A DNA stretch of 61,745 bases from Phycisphaerales bacterium (GTDB taxonomy: Bacteria; Planctomycetota; Phycisphaerae; Phycisphaerales; UBA1924), in assembly GCA_038251595.1 (NCBI GenBank), contig JBBSBC010000001.1:1-61745 (forward strand). The letters run 5' to 3'. Of this stretch, positions 49,468 through 58,838 are shown piece after piece (positions within the stretch are counted from its first letter, which is position 1; the number at the start of each line of letters is the position of its first letter). The position numbers were made by a program, and so were the translations under genes. The notes below the pieces were generated by a model. The model was given only the letters and a program-made list of their open reading frames with translations, was not told where the DNA came from and did not search any database.

Positions 49468-50556
49468 TCAGCGGATGTTCACAAGCCGCCGTCCGAGCGC
49501 AACCGCCTCATCGGCACTCGCCGAATGGCCGTCCGCGCCCAGCACCGCCCACGAATCCTTGCATGAGCTGAAGGCACTACCGCCCACAATGATCTTCGGG
49601 GACGCAGATCCCATCGAGTCCCGAATCAACCCGATGGTCTCTTCAAGTATCCGAAGCTGGCCCGGCAACGCGGCCGAGAGCGCAACCACATCCACCCCAA
49701 AGTCCACCGTCGCGACCAGCAGATCTTCAGCCGGGCAACTCGCACCAAGGTACACCGCGCGCCACCCGTCAAGCTCAAAGAAATCCGCAACCATCCGGAT
49801 GCCCAGGTCGTGCGAGTTCCCATCAACCGATGCCGCAAGCAAGGCTCGCCCATTCGGCTTCCGCCGCTCGGTCAGTGCCAGCAGTTGCGACATCACCATC
49901 TCCGTCGTCGCCGTGGCAAAGTGCTCCTCGCCCACAGAAACCTCATTCAGGTGCCACATCCGCCCGAGCTCATGCTGCACCGGCAGCAGAACCTCCAGAT
50001 ATGCTTCTCGCACCGTCAGGCCATGCCCCACCGCATCCAGCACCGTGCGGCTCGCCGCCAGCCGGTCGCCCTCCAGCAGTTTCAAAAGATACTCCGCCGC
50101 GATCCGCCCATGCGCGGTCTCCAACGACAACCGCACCGGCCCATCGGGGCGAGGCGTTTCCACTCCACGCCTCGCTTCGGCAAGATACCCAGCCACATGC
50201 TCAGAATCTTCCGGCGGCACCTCGCGTTGCAGCACCGTGGCCAGCGCCTCGAGGCTGAAGCGCAGGTCATCGGTCGGCGTGCCCCTTGCCGCAAACGCCG
50301 ATCGCGCCCATTCGACCTGTGTGCGAAACAGACTCGGCGATTGCATATGTACCGCCGTGGCCAGATCATGCACCCGTCCCATGAGCGCACGCTGCCACTT
50401 CTCGCGCGGCAAGGGTTGGTAGCGAGCAGCAATCTCCGGTCGTGCTCGCAGCAACTCCGTCGCGGCCAGCTCGGCAAGCTCATCCGCGCGCGCACTCAAT
50501 AGCTCGGCCAGAAACCGGGATTGAAAGTCAGAATCGCTCAGATCGTGCGGCTGCAT
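49468..50556 (-). CDS. CarH-type cobalamin-binding sensor module (B12-binding_2 helical bundle plus B12-binding Rossmann domain) without a DNA-binding domain
   Basis: A Wx9EH motif (WHLNEVSVGEEH, codons at 49921-49956) and SHDLG in ...LLAASVDGNSHDLGIRMVADFFELDGW...VVALSAAL. An N-terminal helical domain of about 160 aa has unknown family. The start is taken at MQPHDLS. Confidence 0.7.
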   Translation of the reverse strand: MQPHDLSDSDFQSRFLAELLSARADELAELAATELLRARPEIAARYQPLPREKWQRALMGRVHDLATAVHMQSPSLFRTQVEWARSAFAARGTPTDDLRFSLEALATVLQREVPPEDSEHVAGYLAEARRGVETPRPDGPVRLSLETAHGRIAAEYLLKLLEGDRLAASRTVLDAVGHGLTVREAYLEVLLPVQHELGRMWHLNEVSVGEEHFATATTEMVMSQLLALTERRKPNGRALLAASVDGNSHDLGIRMVADFFELDGWRAVYLGASCPAEDLLVATVDFGVDVVALSAALPGQLRILEETIGLIRDSMGSASPKIIVGGSAFSSCKDSWAVLGADGHSASADEAVALGRRLVNIR

Positions 50557-50653
50557 GAGGATGCTTTCGTACCCGACGCACCCCGGATGCCCGAACCAGC
50601 GTGAAATGCAGAGATCACCCAACTCGGTCACTCATCCGGATCACACCAAACGA

Positions 50654-51847
50654 CTACTTACCCGCGGGCTTGCGCCACTCCTCAATCCGCTGCCGCATGA
50701 TGCCGACCATCGGTCCCGCCTTCGCCTCGCCAACCTGCTCCTTAAACCGCATGATGGCCGCTTCCTGCGTGCTTATCGCCTTCTCAACCTGACCATCCTT
50801 GAAATAGGCCCCCGCCAAGCGATGAAGAACCTCCGCCTTCTTCCCTTCGGAGATCTGGTTCGCCTGCTCACCCAGCTTAACGGCCAACTTGTAATCGGGC
50901 GTCTTCAGGTTATCAGCACTGGCAATCGTGTCGCAGAAGAGCGAGAGCACCTCCTCAGAATCCTTCATCTCACCTTCCGCAAGCCCCTTCACCATGGCGT
51001 AGGCCGCGGGCTCGTCGGTCGTCGCAAGCAGATTGAACTTGTACCGAGCAAGCGCGCCGCGCACATTCTTCTCGGTCTCCGTTTTCAGATGCGTCTCGAT
51101 GACCGCGATCGCCTCCGGTACCTTCCCTTCGCCCTCAAGCTTCTGCGCCGCCCTCATCGTTGCCCCATACCGCTCCATCATCGCCGCCTCATCCGCAGCA
51201 CGCTTCGCCTCAACCTTGACGTCCAGGTTGCCATCAACCGCCTTCTGAATCATCTCATCAAACTGAGGCGACAACGGATTCCCGATCCACGCAATCTGCC
51301 CGCCCGTCCCGCTCTCAGCCGGCATCACGATGAACGCATGAGGAATGGAGTTCAGCCCCGCCGCACCAAGCCAGCCAGAGGCCATGGTTTGGCTCGCCGT
51401 GTCCATCGCCACGGTGTATCCGATCGCCGGTTCAAAGGTCTCGACATAAGTCTTCACCTTCTTCACCAGCGCATCCTGAGTCTCGCCGCCGCGCCCCTCC
51501 CACACGTGTACACCGACCACGGTCAGCTTGTCCTTGTGCTTCCCCTGAAGTTCGGTCAAGTGCGGAATGCTCGCCTTGCATGGCGGGCACCACGTCGCGC
51601 CAAACTCAACCACGTACACGCGCCCCTTCGCAAACTCCTTGACCCCCTCACCCCTGATCCATTCGCCAACCTCCAGCTTTGGGGCCGCATCCCCGATCCC
51701 GAGCAGTTTCGGCGCGACCGCCTGTGCGGCGGGTGGCGATATCACGCCCCCCTGCTGAGCGAGTGCTGGCTGGACCGCAAGCCCGCTCATGCCCAGTACA
51801 ACTGCTGCCATTGATCGGACGAACTGATGATGTGTCGGTGATGTCAT
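50654..51847 (-). CDS. secreted thioredoxin-like (TlpA/ResA-type, WCPPC) protein with a helical/TPR-like C-terminal domain
   Basis: Signal MTSPTHHQFVRSMAAVVLGMSGLAVQPALAQ, then VYVVEFGATWCPPCKASIPHL. The upstream part of the long ORF (to 52345) overlaps the divergent gene and is not considered coding. Confidence 0.8.
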   Translation of the reverse strand: MTSPTHHQFVRSMAAVVLGMSGLAVQPALAQQGGVISPPAAQAVAPKLLGIGDAAPKLEVGEWIRGEGVKEFAKGRVYVVEFGATWCPPCKASIPHLTELQGKHKDKLTVVGVHVWEGRGGETQDALVKKVKTYVETFEPAIGYTVAMDTASQTMASGWLGAAGLNSIPHAFIVMPAESGTGGQIAWIGNPLSPQFDEMIQKAVDGNLDVKVEAKRAADEAAMMERYGATMRAAQKLEGEGKVPEAIAVIETHLKTETEKNVRGALARYKFNLLATTDEPAAYAMVKGLAEGEMKDSEEVLSLFCDTIASADNLKTPDYKLAVKLGEQANQISEGKKAEVLHRLAGAYFKDGQVEKAISTQEAAIMRFKEQVGEAKAGPMVGIMRQRIEEWRKPAGK

Positions 51848-51946
51848 GGTCAACCATGATAAGTCGCCCCGATCAAGTCCGCCGGATCGACCCATGGGCC
51901 CCGGTACCTCCAGGTTCAGCCCGCTCGGCCTGCCAAAGATACCCCT

Positions 51947-53533
51947 ATGAACCCAGCCCGATTGCTCGCCTGCACGCTCGCCACCCTTCTGGCCACCCTG
52001 ACATCGAAGGCAACGGCGGGTTGGCCGCCCGATGTCGAGGCCGCGCTCGCCGCCGCGGATAAAAACCGTGGCGAACTCGAGAAAGTTCTGAACCACTACC
52101 GCGATCTCGGCGATGAGCAGATGCTCTCGTGCGCGCAGTTCCTTATCGGCAACATGCCCGGGCACGGGCACGTCGTGTTTGCATTGAAAGACAAAGCCAG
52201 GGCCACCATCCCCTTTGATGCACTCGCAAGCAAGGACTTCGCCGCCGCCCAACTCGCCATGGATCAACTCGAAAAGCTCCACGGCCCGCTCGAGTTTGGC
52301 CGGGGCCGTACCGACGAAGATGTCCGCACCATCACCTCCGGACAACTCATCGAGAACATCGATCTGACCTTCTGGGCCTGGCGCACACTGCCCTGGGCAA
52401 GAGCCATGAATGTGTACACCCTGCGCGAATACGTGCTTCCCTATCGCGGGAGCGAAGAGCCCGCAAACTCATTCCGCCCCGCCATGATCGACCGATTCAA
52501 AGACCTATCAGCTACGCTCAAAGACTCTACCAGCGCGACGGAAGCCGGCAAGGCGATCCAGGCCAACATCGCCTCCTACATCGCCTTCAGCGAGCTTTAC
52601 TACCTCCACCCGACCGATCAGGGTTTCAACGAGATGGCGCGCACACGCCTTGGTCGATGCGAAGACATCACCAACATGCAGCTCTACGCACTCCGTGCCA
52701 ACGGCATCGCGTGCGCATCCGACTACACCCCCGCATGGGCCAACCGCGACAACAACCACGCGTGGGAAGTCATCCTCAACGCGAACGGTGAAGGCCGCGC
52801 CGAACTCGCCAACATCGCGGCCAAAATCTACCGAAAGACCTACTCGACCCAGCCCGCCGCGCTCGGTTCACAACTTGCTGAAGGTGAGGCCGCACCGCGC
52901 TGGCTCAAGGGCAAGCACTACGCGGATGTCACCAGCCAGTACATGCCCGTGAGCGATGTCACGATCGAGCTCAAGGTCGAGCGACCCAAGGGCGCACGAT
53001 TTGTGTACCTCTGTGTCTTCAATGGTGGTGAGTGGGTGCCCATTCACTGGGCCGCGCTCGATGCCGATGAGCCGCTTGTGCATTTCAAGGCCATGGGCCG
53101 CAACATCTGCTATCTGCCAGCCTACTTGGTCAATGACCAGATCATTCCCGCCGCTGCGCCGCTCATTCTTGAACAGGATGGCACCACGCGCCTGCTCGAC
53201 GGCACTCCTCCTGGCGGCTCGGGCCCCGGATGGTCATCATCCAGGCCCGACACCACATCCATCGAGATCACCACCACCGTTCCATCCATACCCGATGCCG
53301 ATACGCGACGTGAGAAGCCTTCGATCAAAGTCGAACCGGGCGTGACCTATGAACTTCTGGTCTGGGATGACGCCCTCAAGACCTGGAACTCCCACGGCAC
53401 GCAAACCGCGTCCGACAAGCCCGTCACGTTCGACAAGGTTCCCCGCGACCGACTGCTCTGGATGAAGACCGAATCAGGAAGAAACCTCGAGCGCATCTTC
53501 ACGATCGAATCGGGTAGACAAATCTTTTGGTGA
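51947..53533 (+). CDS. secreted transglutaminase-like (Cys-His-Asp core) domain protein
   Basis: Signal MNPARLLACTLATLLATLTSKATA. The core reads RLGRCEDITNMQLYALRANGIACASDY...NNHAWEVIL. Confidence 0.75.
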   Translation: MNPARLLACTLATLLATLTSKATAGWPPDVEAALAAADKNRGELEKVLNHYRDLGDEQMLSCAQFLIGNMPGHGHVVFALKDKARATIPFDALASKDFAAAQLAMDQLEKLHGPLEFGRGRTDEDVRTITSGQLIENIDLTFWAWRTLPWARAMNVYTLREYVLPYRGSEEPANSFRPAMIDRFKDLSATLKDSTSATEAGKAIQANIASYIAFSELYYLHPTDQGFNEMARTRLGRCEDITNMQLYALRANGIACASDYTPAWANRDNNHAWEVILNANGEGRAELANIAAKIYRKTYSTQPAALGSQLAEGEAAPRWLKGKHYADVTSQYMPVSDVTIELKVERPKGARFVYLCVFNGGEWVPIHWAALDADEPLVHFKAMGRNICYLPAYLVNDQIIPAAAPLILEQDGTTRLLDGTPPGGSGPGWSSSRPDTTSIEITTTVPSIPDADTRREKPSIKVEPGVTYELLVWDDALKTWNSHGTQTASDKPVTFDKVPRDRLLWMKTESGRNLERIFTIESGRQIFW

Positions 53534-53548
53534 GCGTGCTCGGAGGTA

Positions 53549-53571
53549 TGCCCGGCTCTCCGAGCCGGGCA
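53549..53571 (+). terminator. terminator-like hairpin (no T-run)
   Basis: Perfect 10-bp stem TGCCCGGCTC/GAGCCGGGCA with loop TCC, 16 nt after the stop codon. Confidence 0.55.
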
Positions 53572-53848
53572 GCCTGTCAACCTGAACTGCCAAGCACGCA
53601 GCGTGTGCCTGTTCAACACAACCATAAATAAAGTATCCGCATTCGGCATGGCTTGCAACAACTATGTAGCCAGCGAGAACCTAAGCATCCTGCAACGGTT
53701 CCGACCACTCGCCACGCGACGGGAATAAAGCCACTTTTGCGTCGCTCGTCAAGGGGATGTTGCCGTTACCGCAAACTCAGTTGTAAACAGCTTGCGTTTA
53801 GCCGCAATCGATGCTCGGCAATGCACTCAACCCTCTCCCGGCAGATGT

Positions 53849-54325
53849 TCAATCAATCGCCTTCATCCCCATCATTCCTCTCAACATCATGATCTGTCCA
53901 AGGTGGTAACTGTCGTGACCGATCAGGTACTGCAACCGATCCAATGGCACACTCGGATCAGCAATCGCCCCGCGCATCTGCTGGTGCGAATCGGCCAGTT
54001 GCACGGCTGTCCGCGACCAGTTGGCCTCCGTCACTTCCAGCGGCCCTTCTGGCGCATCCCAGTTACGTGAAGCTACTTCCGCTTCGCTCGGCCCTGGCCC
54101 ACCCATCGTCCGCCGCAGCGCAACCTCGCGCCAGAACAGCATGTGGTTGATGATCTGCCAGATCGAGTGCCGTCCACCCGAGTGGTCAGCACCTTCCGCC
54201 ACGACACTCGGCTTCCACGCCGCCTGTTTCGGCGTCAGGTCCTCCACCGCCCGCGACATCGGCGCGGCCCACAGTCCCGACATCCAGAACTCATCCCATT
54301 GTTTCAGCAGCATTTCGCGGTCCAT
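53849..54325 (-). CDS. DinB-superfamily (DinB_2-like) protein
   Basis: IWQIINHMLFWRE and LIGHDSYHLGQIMMLR, the His-triad helices typical of the DinB fold. Confidence 0.7.
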   Translation of the reverse strand: MDREMLLKQWDEFWMSGLWAAPMSRAVEDLTPKQAAWKPSVVAEGADHSGGRHSIWQIINHMLFWREVALRRTMGGPGPSEAEVASRNWDAPEGPLEVTEANWSRTAVQLADSHQQMRGAIADPSVPLDRLQYLIGHDSYHLGQIMMLRGMMGMKAID

Positions 54326-54416
54326 GCCCTCAGCTTACCCTATCACGCCCCCCTTTCGCAATGCGATTGCTTCCAGCACCGACGTTTCCGCCGCAGGTTC
54401 ATGAATCGCATTCGCC

Positions 54417-54453
54417 AAAAAAAACACCGCCCGTGATCCTTGCGGTACGGGCG
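54417..54453 (-). terminator. rho-independent terminator of the desaturase gene
   Basis: On the minus strand, the stem CGCCCGT/ACGGGCG is followed by T8 (plus-strand A8 at 54417-54424). Confidence 0.65.
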
Positions 54454-54488
54454 ATGCGATTGAGAATTCACAAACTTCAGCCGGTCAG

Positions 54489-55520
54489 TTAATGGATGGC
54501 CTTCGCAGCCAGCCGCTCCGGAGCCGGAATGCGCACATTCCAGATCAGTCCGAGCTTCTCCATGATCTTGATGATCACCCAACTCGAATCAAACTGCCAC
54601 CACTTCAGACCGTGACGTGCCGAGGTCGGGAACGCATGGTGGTTGTTGTGCCATCCCTCGCCAAAGGCGAGCATTCCGAAAACTGCGTTGTTGCGGCTCT
54701 CGTCGTGGCTGCGGAAGTCCTGCTTACCCCAGAGGTGGCAGGCAGAGTTGATGCTCCATGTCACATGGTGCACAATAAAGATCCGCACCGCGCCGCCCCA
54801 CAACAGCCCCATGAGCGCGCCGTACCACGACATCGTGAGAAGACCACCCGCCACGGTCGGCAGAAGAATGCCCAGAAAGACCCACAACGGGAACAGGTTG
54901 CTGACCCTGCGGATCAATGGATCAGATTCAAGGTCCTTGACATAGCGACGAAGGTCCGGATGGCTCGCCGTAAAGAACCAGCCGATGTGCGCGTGGAAGA
55001 ATCCCTTCATGAAGCCGACAAACCCGTGCTCATGCCCGTGCGGAGAGTGCGGATCCTCTTTACCATCGCTGTGCTGGTGATGGCGGCGATGCGTCGCAAC
55101 CCAATCAAGAATAGAACCCTCGATCGTCATCGATCCCAGGATCCCGAACACCGCCGTCATGAAGCGGCTCGTCTCAAACGATCGGTGCGTGAACAGACGG
55201 TGGAACCCGATGGTGATGCCGAAGCCCGACAGGAAGTACATCGCCGTAAGGGTTCCGAGTTGAACCCAGTTGAAGCTGTCGCCCCACAACAGCACCATCG
55301 CCACGATCATGCCAACAAATGGCAGGATGATCGCCGCAAGACTCAGCACGCGATTCAAGAGCGGAGCTTTGCCGCCTTCGAGGGTCGGTGCGGGTTCCGC
55401 ATCCAACGTGTCAACCGCATCAGGGTCGATTGCCAACGCGACCGCGGCATCGATTGCGGATTCAGAGTCACGGTTCTTCGGTCCAGACTTCAGTTGTGGA
55501 GGGGTGGCCAACGCGGTCAT
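54489..55520 (-). CDS. acyl-CoA/acyl-lipid delta-9-type fatty acid desaturase
   Basis: Three His boxes: GFHRLFTHRSF, HRRHHQHSD and GEGWHNNHHAFP. Confidence 0.92.
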   Translation of the reverse strand: MTALATPPQLKSGPKNRDSESAIDAAVALAIDPDAVDTLDAEPAPTLEGGKAPLLNRVLSLAAIILPFVGMIVAMVLLWGDSFNWVQLGTLTAMYFLSGFGITIGFHRLFTHRSFETSRFMTAVFGILGSMTIEGSILDWVATHRRHHQHSDGKEDPHSPHGHEHGFVGFMKGFFHAHIGWFFTASHPDLRRYVKDLESDPLIRRVSNLFPLWVFLGILLPTVAGGLLTMSWYGALMGLLWGGAVRIFIVHHVTWSINSACHLWGKQDFRSHDESRNNAVFGMLAFGEGWHNNHHAFPTSARHGLKWWQFDSSWVIIKIMEKLGLIWNVRIPAPERLAAKAIH

Positions 55521-55824
55521 TCAATAGACTCCTCAGCACGAATCAAGATCAAGAGAATCGGGAAAAACAACGACGCCGCGAAGAAGAAGGTCGTGGCCGA
55601 TCTTCGCGGACATCGTTTATGGTACGTCGTCCAAACGGTCGGAGTTTGTTGAACGAAGCCCGAAGTCTCGTATTCAGCCCGGAGCGACCTCAATGAATGT
55701 TCCTTGGAATGTAGCAGCTTTCACCTTTGTACCTACGGTGTGGACTGCCGTTCTGACAGGGCCGGCGGTCTGTGCTCGGCAATCGGTCGCGCATCAGGCA
55801 AAAACGTCATCCTCTTCATGTGAG

Positions 55825-56121
55825 ATGGTCTCCGCTGGCAGGAAGTTTCTCGGCGCCGATGAATCGCCCATGAAAGCCGACAACTACGCCAAGGAAATTG
55901 AACGCCTCAAGAAAAAGTTGGCGGGAAGCACCCGAGAAATGGCGCAAAGTCCTCATGCCCTTCTCTTGGCCACAATCGCTCAACGCGGCCAGCTCTTCGG
56001 GAACCGAACCAAGGGCTCGAACGCCGACACCACCATCACACACGGTTGCGATCGCACGACGTCCAGCAAACTCTCCCACACCATCGAGCTCATGAACCGC
56101 GAGCGTGCCGAGACGTTCTAA
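55825..56121 (+). CDS. possible small hypothetical protein
   Basis: By hand count, the plus frame has clearly higher third-position G+C than the overlapping minus ORF 55816..56202. The start (55825 or 55870) is uncertain. No family recognised. Confidence 0.3.
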   Translation: MVSAGRKFLGADESPMKADNYAKEIERLKKKLAGSTREMAQSPHALLLATIAQRGQLFGNRTKGSNADTTITHGCDRTTSSKLSHTIELMNRERAETF

Positions 56122-56742
56122 CAAATGGAACGGCGCGGCCGTTGACTCGTTCATCTTCATCCCCGCGATCGACCGGCTCAAAGCCAAAGAGCCAAGAGTC
56201 ATGTTCCTCAGGCTCGGCGAAAATCGACGAAAGCGCCCACAGACGACAAGCCTCCGACTGCTTCAATGCTGCGATTCGGACCGATTCGGTTGTGGAAGAA
56301 CTGTGAAAAACCCTTTAGCTGCTTCCGAAGTACAAAGAGCCAGACTGCCACCATCTTGTGTCCCGATCACGGTCGTGGCGACAGACGCGGCCCAGGCCTA
56401 GCAATCGCCGCCCGCGACTGGTGGAACCACGGCCCCAAGCACCAGTTGCCGCGACCGCCGCCGCGTTGCAAAGTGAAGACGACAACCGCTTACAGCCTCG
56501 CGCGGGAGCCTCGAAGTGGGATGTCCTTCGGCCCCTTCTCTCGCATCCATCGCTGTCCACTCAAACAGGGGGATTGGTCCGCTGGGCTGGGCGCGTGAAC
56601 TGGCTGCGCGTGCTACAATGGTCGCGGTCGAAGAACTAGGTCGTTCGAGTGAACGACGCTCTTTGTATCAGCCGACGCCGGACTCGCCCGAGTTTCTGCA
56701 CGGTTTCAAAACGCTCTCGGGCAAAGGTATCTGGTGGCTTCA

Positions 56743-57132
56743 ATGAAGCTTTACGTAGGCAATCTCTCGTTCAGCACGTCTGAGTCCGCTCTCCGCTCCG
56801 CTTTCGAGGCTTTCGGCGAAGTCACTTCGGCGACCCTCGTTATGGATCGCGACACCGGGCGCCCCCGTGGCTTCGGCTTCGTCGAAATGCCCGACAACTC
56901 GCAGGCCCAAGCGGCCATCGCGGGCATGAACGGCAAGAACCTCGACGGTCGTGACCTTACTGTCAACGAAGCTCGTCCCCGCGAAGATCGCGGCGGCGGC
57001 GGCGGTGGTGGTAGCCGTGGCGGCGGTGGTGGCGGTTGGGGTGGCGGCGGCGGCGGCGGCGGAAGCCGTGGCGGTCGTGGCGGCGGCGGCGGCGGTGGTG
57101 GTGGTGGTGGTGGTGGCCGCGGCGGCTGGTAA
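56743..57132 (+). CDS. RRM-type RNA-binding protein with an extreme Gly/Arg-rich tail
   Basis: KLYVGNLSFSTSESALRSAF (RNP2) and RGFGFVEM (RNP1). The C-terminal ~45 residues are almost all G, with RGG/SRGG. Confidence 0.92.
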   Translation: MKLYVGNLSFSTSESALRSAFEAFGEVTSATLVMDRDTGRPRGFGFVEMPDNSQAQAAIAGMNGKNLDGRDLTVNEARPREDRGGGGGGGSRGGGGGGWGGGGGGGGSRGGRGGGGGGGGGGGGGRGGW

Positions 57133-57209
57133 CTCCAGTCTCCCGACTTCACCTCTTCGCTTCTGCAGCTTCAAAACCTGTCACTTCAAAATCTAAATGC
57201 TCACTACAG

Positions 57210-57250
57210 CAACCCCGCGTTGGCAACAACGCGGGGTTGTTCTCTTTCTG
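57210..57250. terminator. bidirectional rho-independent terminator between the RRM gene and the GNAT gene
   Basis: Perfect 13-bp stem CAACCCCGCGTTG/CAACGCGGGGTTG, loop GCAA, then TTCTCTTTCTGTT. Confidence 0.85.
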
Positions 57251-57251
57251 T

Positions 57252-57779
57252 TCACGTCATCTGCGCCAACCGATGAAGGGCCGCGCCCGTGACACGGTGA
57301 ACGGTCCACTCGTTCATGCCCACCGCCCCTGCGGCTTTGTAAAACTCGATCGCGGACGTGTTCCAATCGAGCACTGACCATTCAAACCTTTCGCACCCGC
57401 GTTCGATGGCGATCGTCGCCACGCGCACCAGCAGCGCTTTGCCCAGTCCGCTCCCTCGTGATGCGGGGCGCACGAAGAGGTCTTCAAGATAAATGCCCGG
57501 CTTGCCGAGCCAGGTCGAGAAGTTGTGAAAGAAGAGCGCGAAGCCCTGCGGCGTTCCATTCAAGACTCCGATCAGGCACTCAGCGGTCGGCCCGCGTCCG
57601 AGTCCGTTGCCGAAGAGGTGCTGCCTTATCAGTTCGGGTGTCGCGACGGCCTGCTCTGGTGCTCGCTCATAGTCGGCGAGTTCACTGATAAGCTCAAGTA
57701 TCAGTTGAACATCACCCGGATGCGCAGCGCGAATCTGAATGGTGGGTGTTGGCTGGTTGCGATTGGCTGATGTCACCAT
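57252..57779 (-). CDS. GNAT family N-acetyltransferase (diamine/SSAT-like)
   Basis: IRAAHPGDVQLILELISELADYE..., LEDLFVRPASRGSGLGKALL, WNTSAIEFYKAAGA. Confidence 0.88.
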   Translation of the reverse strand: MVTSANRNQPTPTIQIRAAHPGDVQLILELISELADYERAPEQAVATPELIRQHLFGNGLGRGPTAECLIGVLNGTPQGFALFFHNFSTWLGKPGIYLEDLFVRPASRGSGLGKALLVRVATIAIERGCERFEWSVLDWNTSAIEFYKAAGAVGMNEWTVHRVTGAALHRLAQMT

Positions 57780-57872
57780 GAACCTCCGGGCGCACCTCGT
57801 GTTGATGAGGGTGAGGTGGGTGTGGTGCGCCCGGCAAGTTTAAGGCACGCATGCGGAGCGGGTCGTACCCGA

Positions 57873-58730
57873 TCAATCAAACGGCCACGAGGTGCGGCTC
57901 TTGAGCTGAGCGGGCTTGACCTCCGCACTCGGCGCATCGTTGGGCTTGGCGCCGGGTTGGGTCTCATTGGGTTGGTCAAGATGGCGGGGTGCGCGGCGTT
58001 CGCGTGGACCTCCGCCGCGCGGGGCGGGCCGATCTTCCCGGTTCATCTGATGGTCCTTTGGGCCGCGATCTCGTGAGTTGAAGTCGCGCGGCCCATCGCC
58101 TTTGCGGGACTGCGGGGCGCGTGGCGGAGGTCCGAACCCCCGGCCTTGATCTCCATCAGTTCCGCGACGCATGCCGCGCGGGCCGTGTGGTGGCGGGCCT
58201 TGTTGATCGCGGTTGAACCCGTGCCGGCCATCGAACTCTGGCCCCTGCCCAGGCCCGCGTCCCCGACCCTGCTCGCCGCGGCCCTTGAATCCCTCACCGC
58301 GGATGCCCTGACGCGGCCCATCGAATGCGCGTGGCCCATCGAAGCGCGGGCTGCGGCCGCGAGGTCCGCCGCGCATCTCGCCGCGCGGGCCACCCTGTGC
58401 ATCATTGTGCTCAGCATGAGGCCGCGCGAGAGGCCCATCGTGCGGGCCGGAGCGTGGACGATCGAACTCGCGACGGCTTTCTCCGCGGCGATCGGCCCTA
58501 TTCTCAGCCCGCCCTTCAGCCCGCCCTTCAGCCCGCCCTTCAGGCCGCCCTTCGCCGCGGGCGCGACCTTCGGGGCGATCACCCTCGTGATGTGGTCGAT
58601 CGTTCTGCGGCATTTCGCCACGCGGATGTGGTGGGCGTGGACCATCGGAGGGTTGAACCATGCTGATGGCCTGTGCGGATGAGCAGGCGATCAGCAGGGC
58701 GAGCGAAGTGATGGAGAGGGATCGGCGCAT
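57873..58730 (-). CDS. secreted low-complexity Arg/Gly/Pro/Asp-rich protein
   Basis: Signal peptide MRRSLSITSLALLIACSSAQA. The remainder is RGE/GPR/GRAE-type low complexity, including (GRAE)3-4. Confidence 0.6.
   Translation of the reverse strand: MRRSLSITSLALLIACSSAQAISMVQPSDGPRPPHPRGEMPQNDRPHHEGDRPEGRARGEGRPEGRAEGRAEGRAENRADRRGESRREFDRPRSGPHDGPLARPHAEHNDAQGGPRGEMRGGPRGRSPRFDGPRAFDGPRQGIRGEGFKGRGEQGRGRGPGQGPEFDGRHGFNRDQQGPPPHGPRGMRRGTDGDQGRGFGPPPRAPQSRKGDGPRDFNSRDRGPKDHQMNREDRPAPRGGGPRERRAPRHLDQPNETQPGAKPNDAPSAEVKPAQLKSRTSWPFD
58505..58552. repeat. 12-bp tandem repeat CAGCCCGCCCTT x4 (last copy CAGGCC...)
   Basis: Read directly. It encodes EGRA repeats on the minus strand. Confidence 0.95.
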
Positions 58731-58838
58731 GGAGAGTTTCCTTTGAAGCCGGCAACGGCAGTTGCACGGTCACCACGCCAAACGCAGATGCGTGGGCTTC
58801 ATTGCACGCTGAATGTTCGTGCGCGCGCTTGCCCAGAT

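Noticed and set aside
52000-52345. The N-terminal 166 codons of the 563-aa ORF 50654..52345 as part of the thioredoxin-like protein.
   Set aside because: This portion overlaps the divergent transglutaminase-like gene and has no protein-like features. A good signal peptide begins at the internal ATG at 51847.
55816-56202. A minus-strand 128-aa ORF (MTLGSLALSRS...) overlapping the small plus-strand ORF.
   Set aside because: Hand-counted third-position G+C is clearly lower than for the overlapping plus frame, and there are no family motifs. The plus-strand ORF was retained instead, at low confidence.
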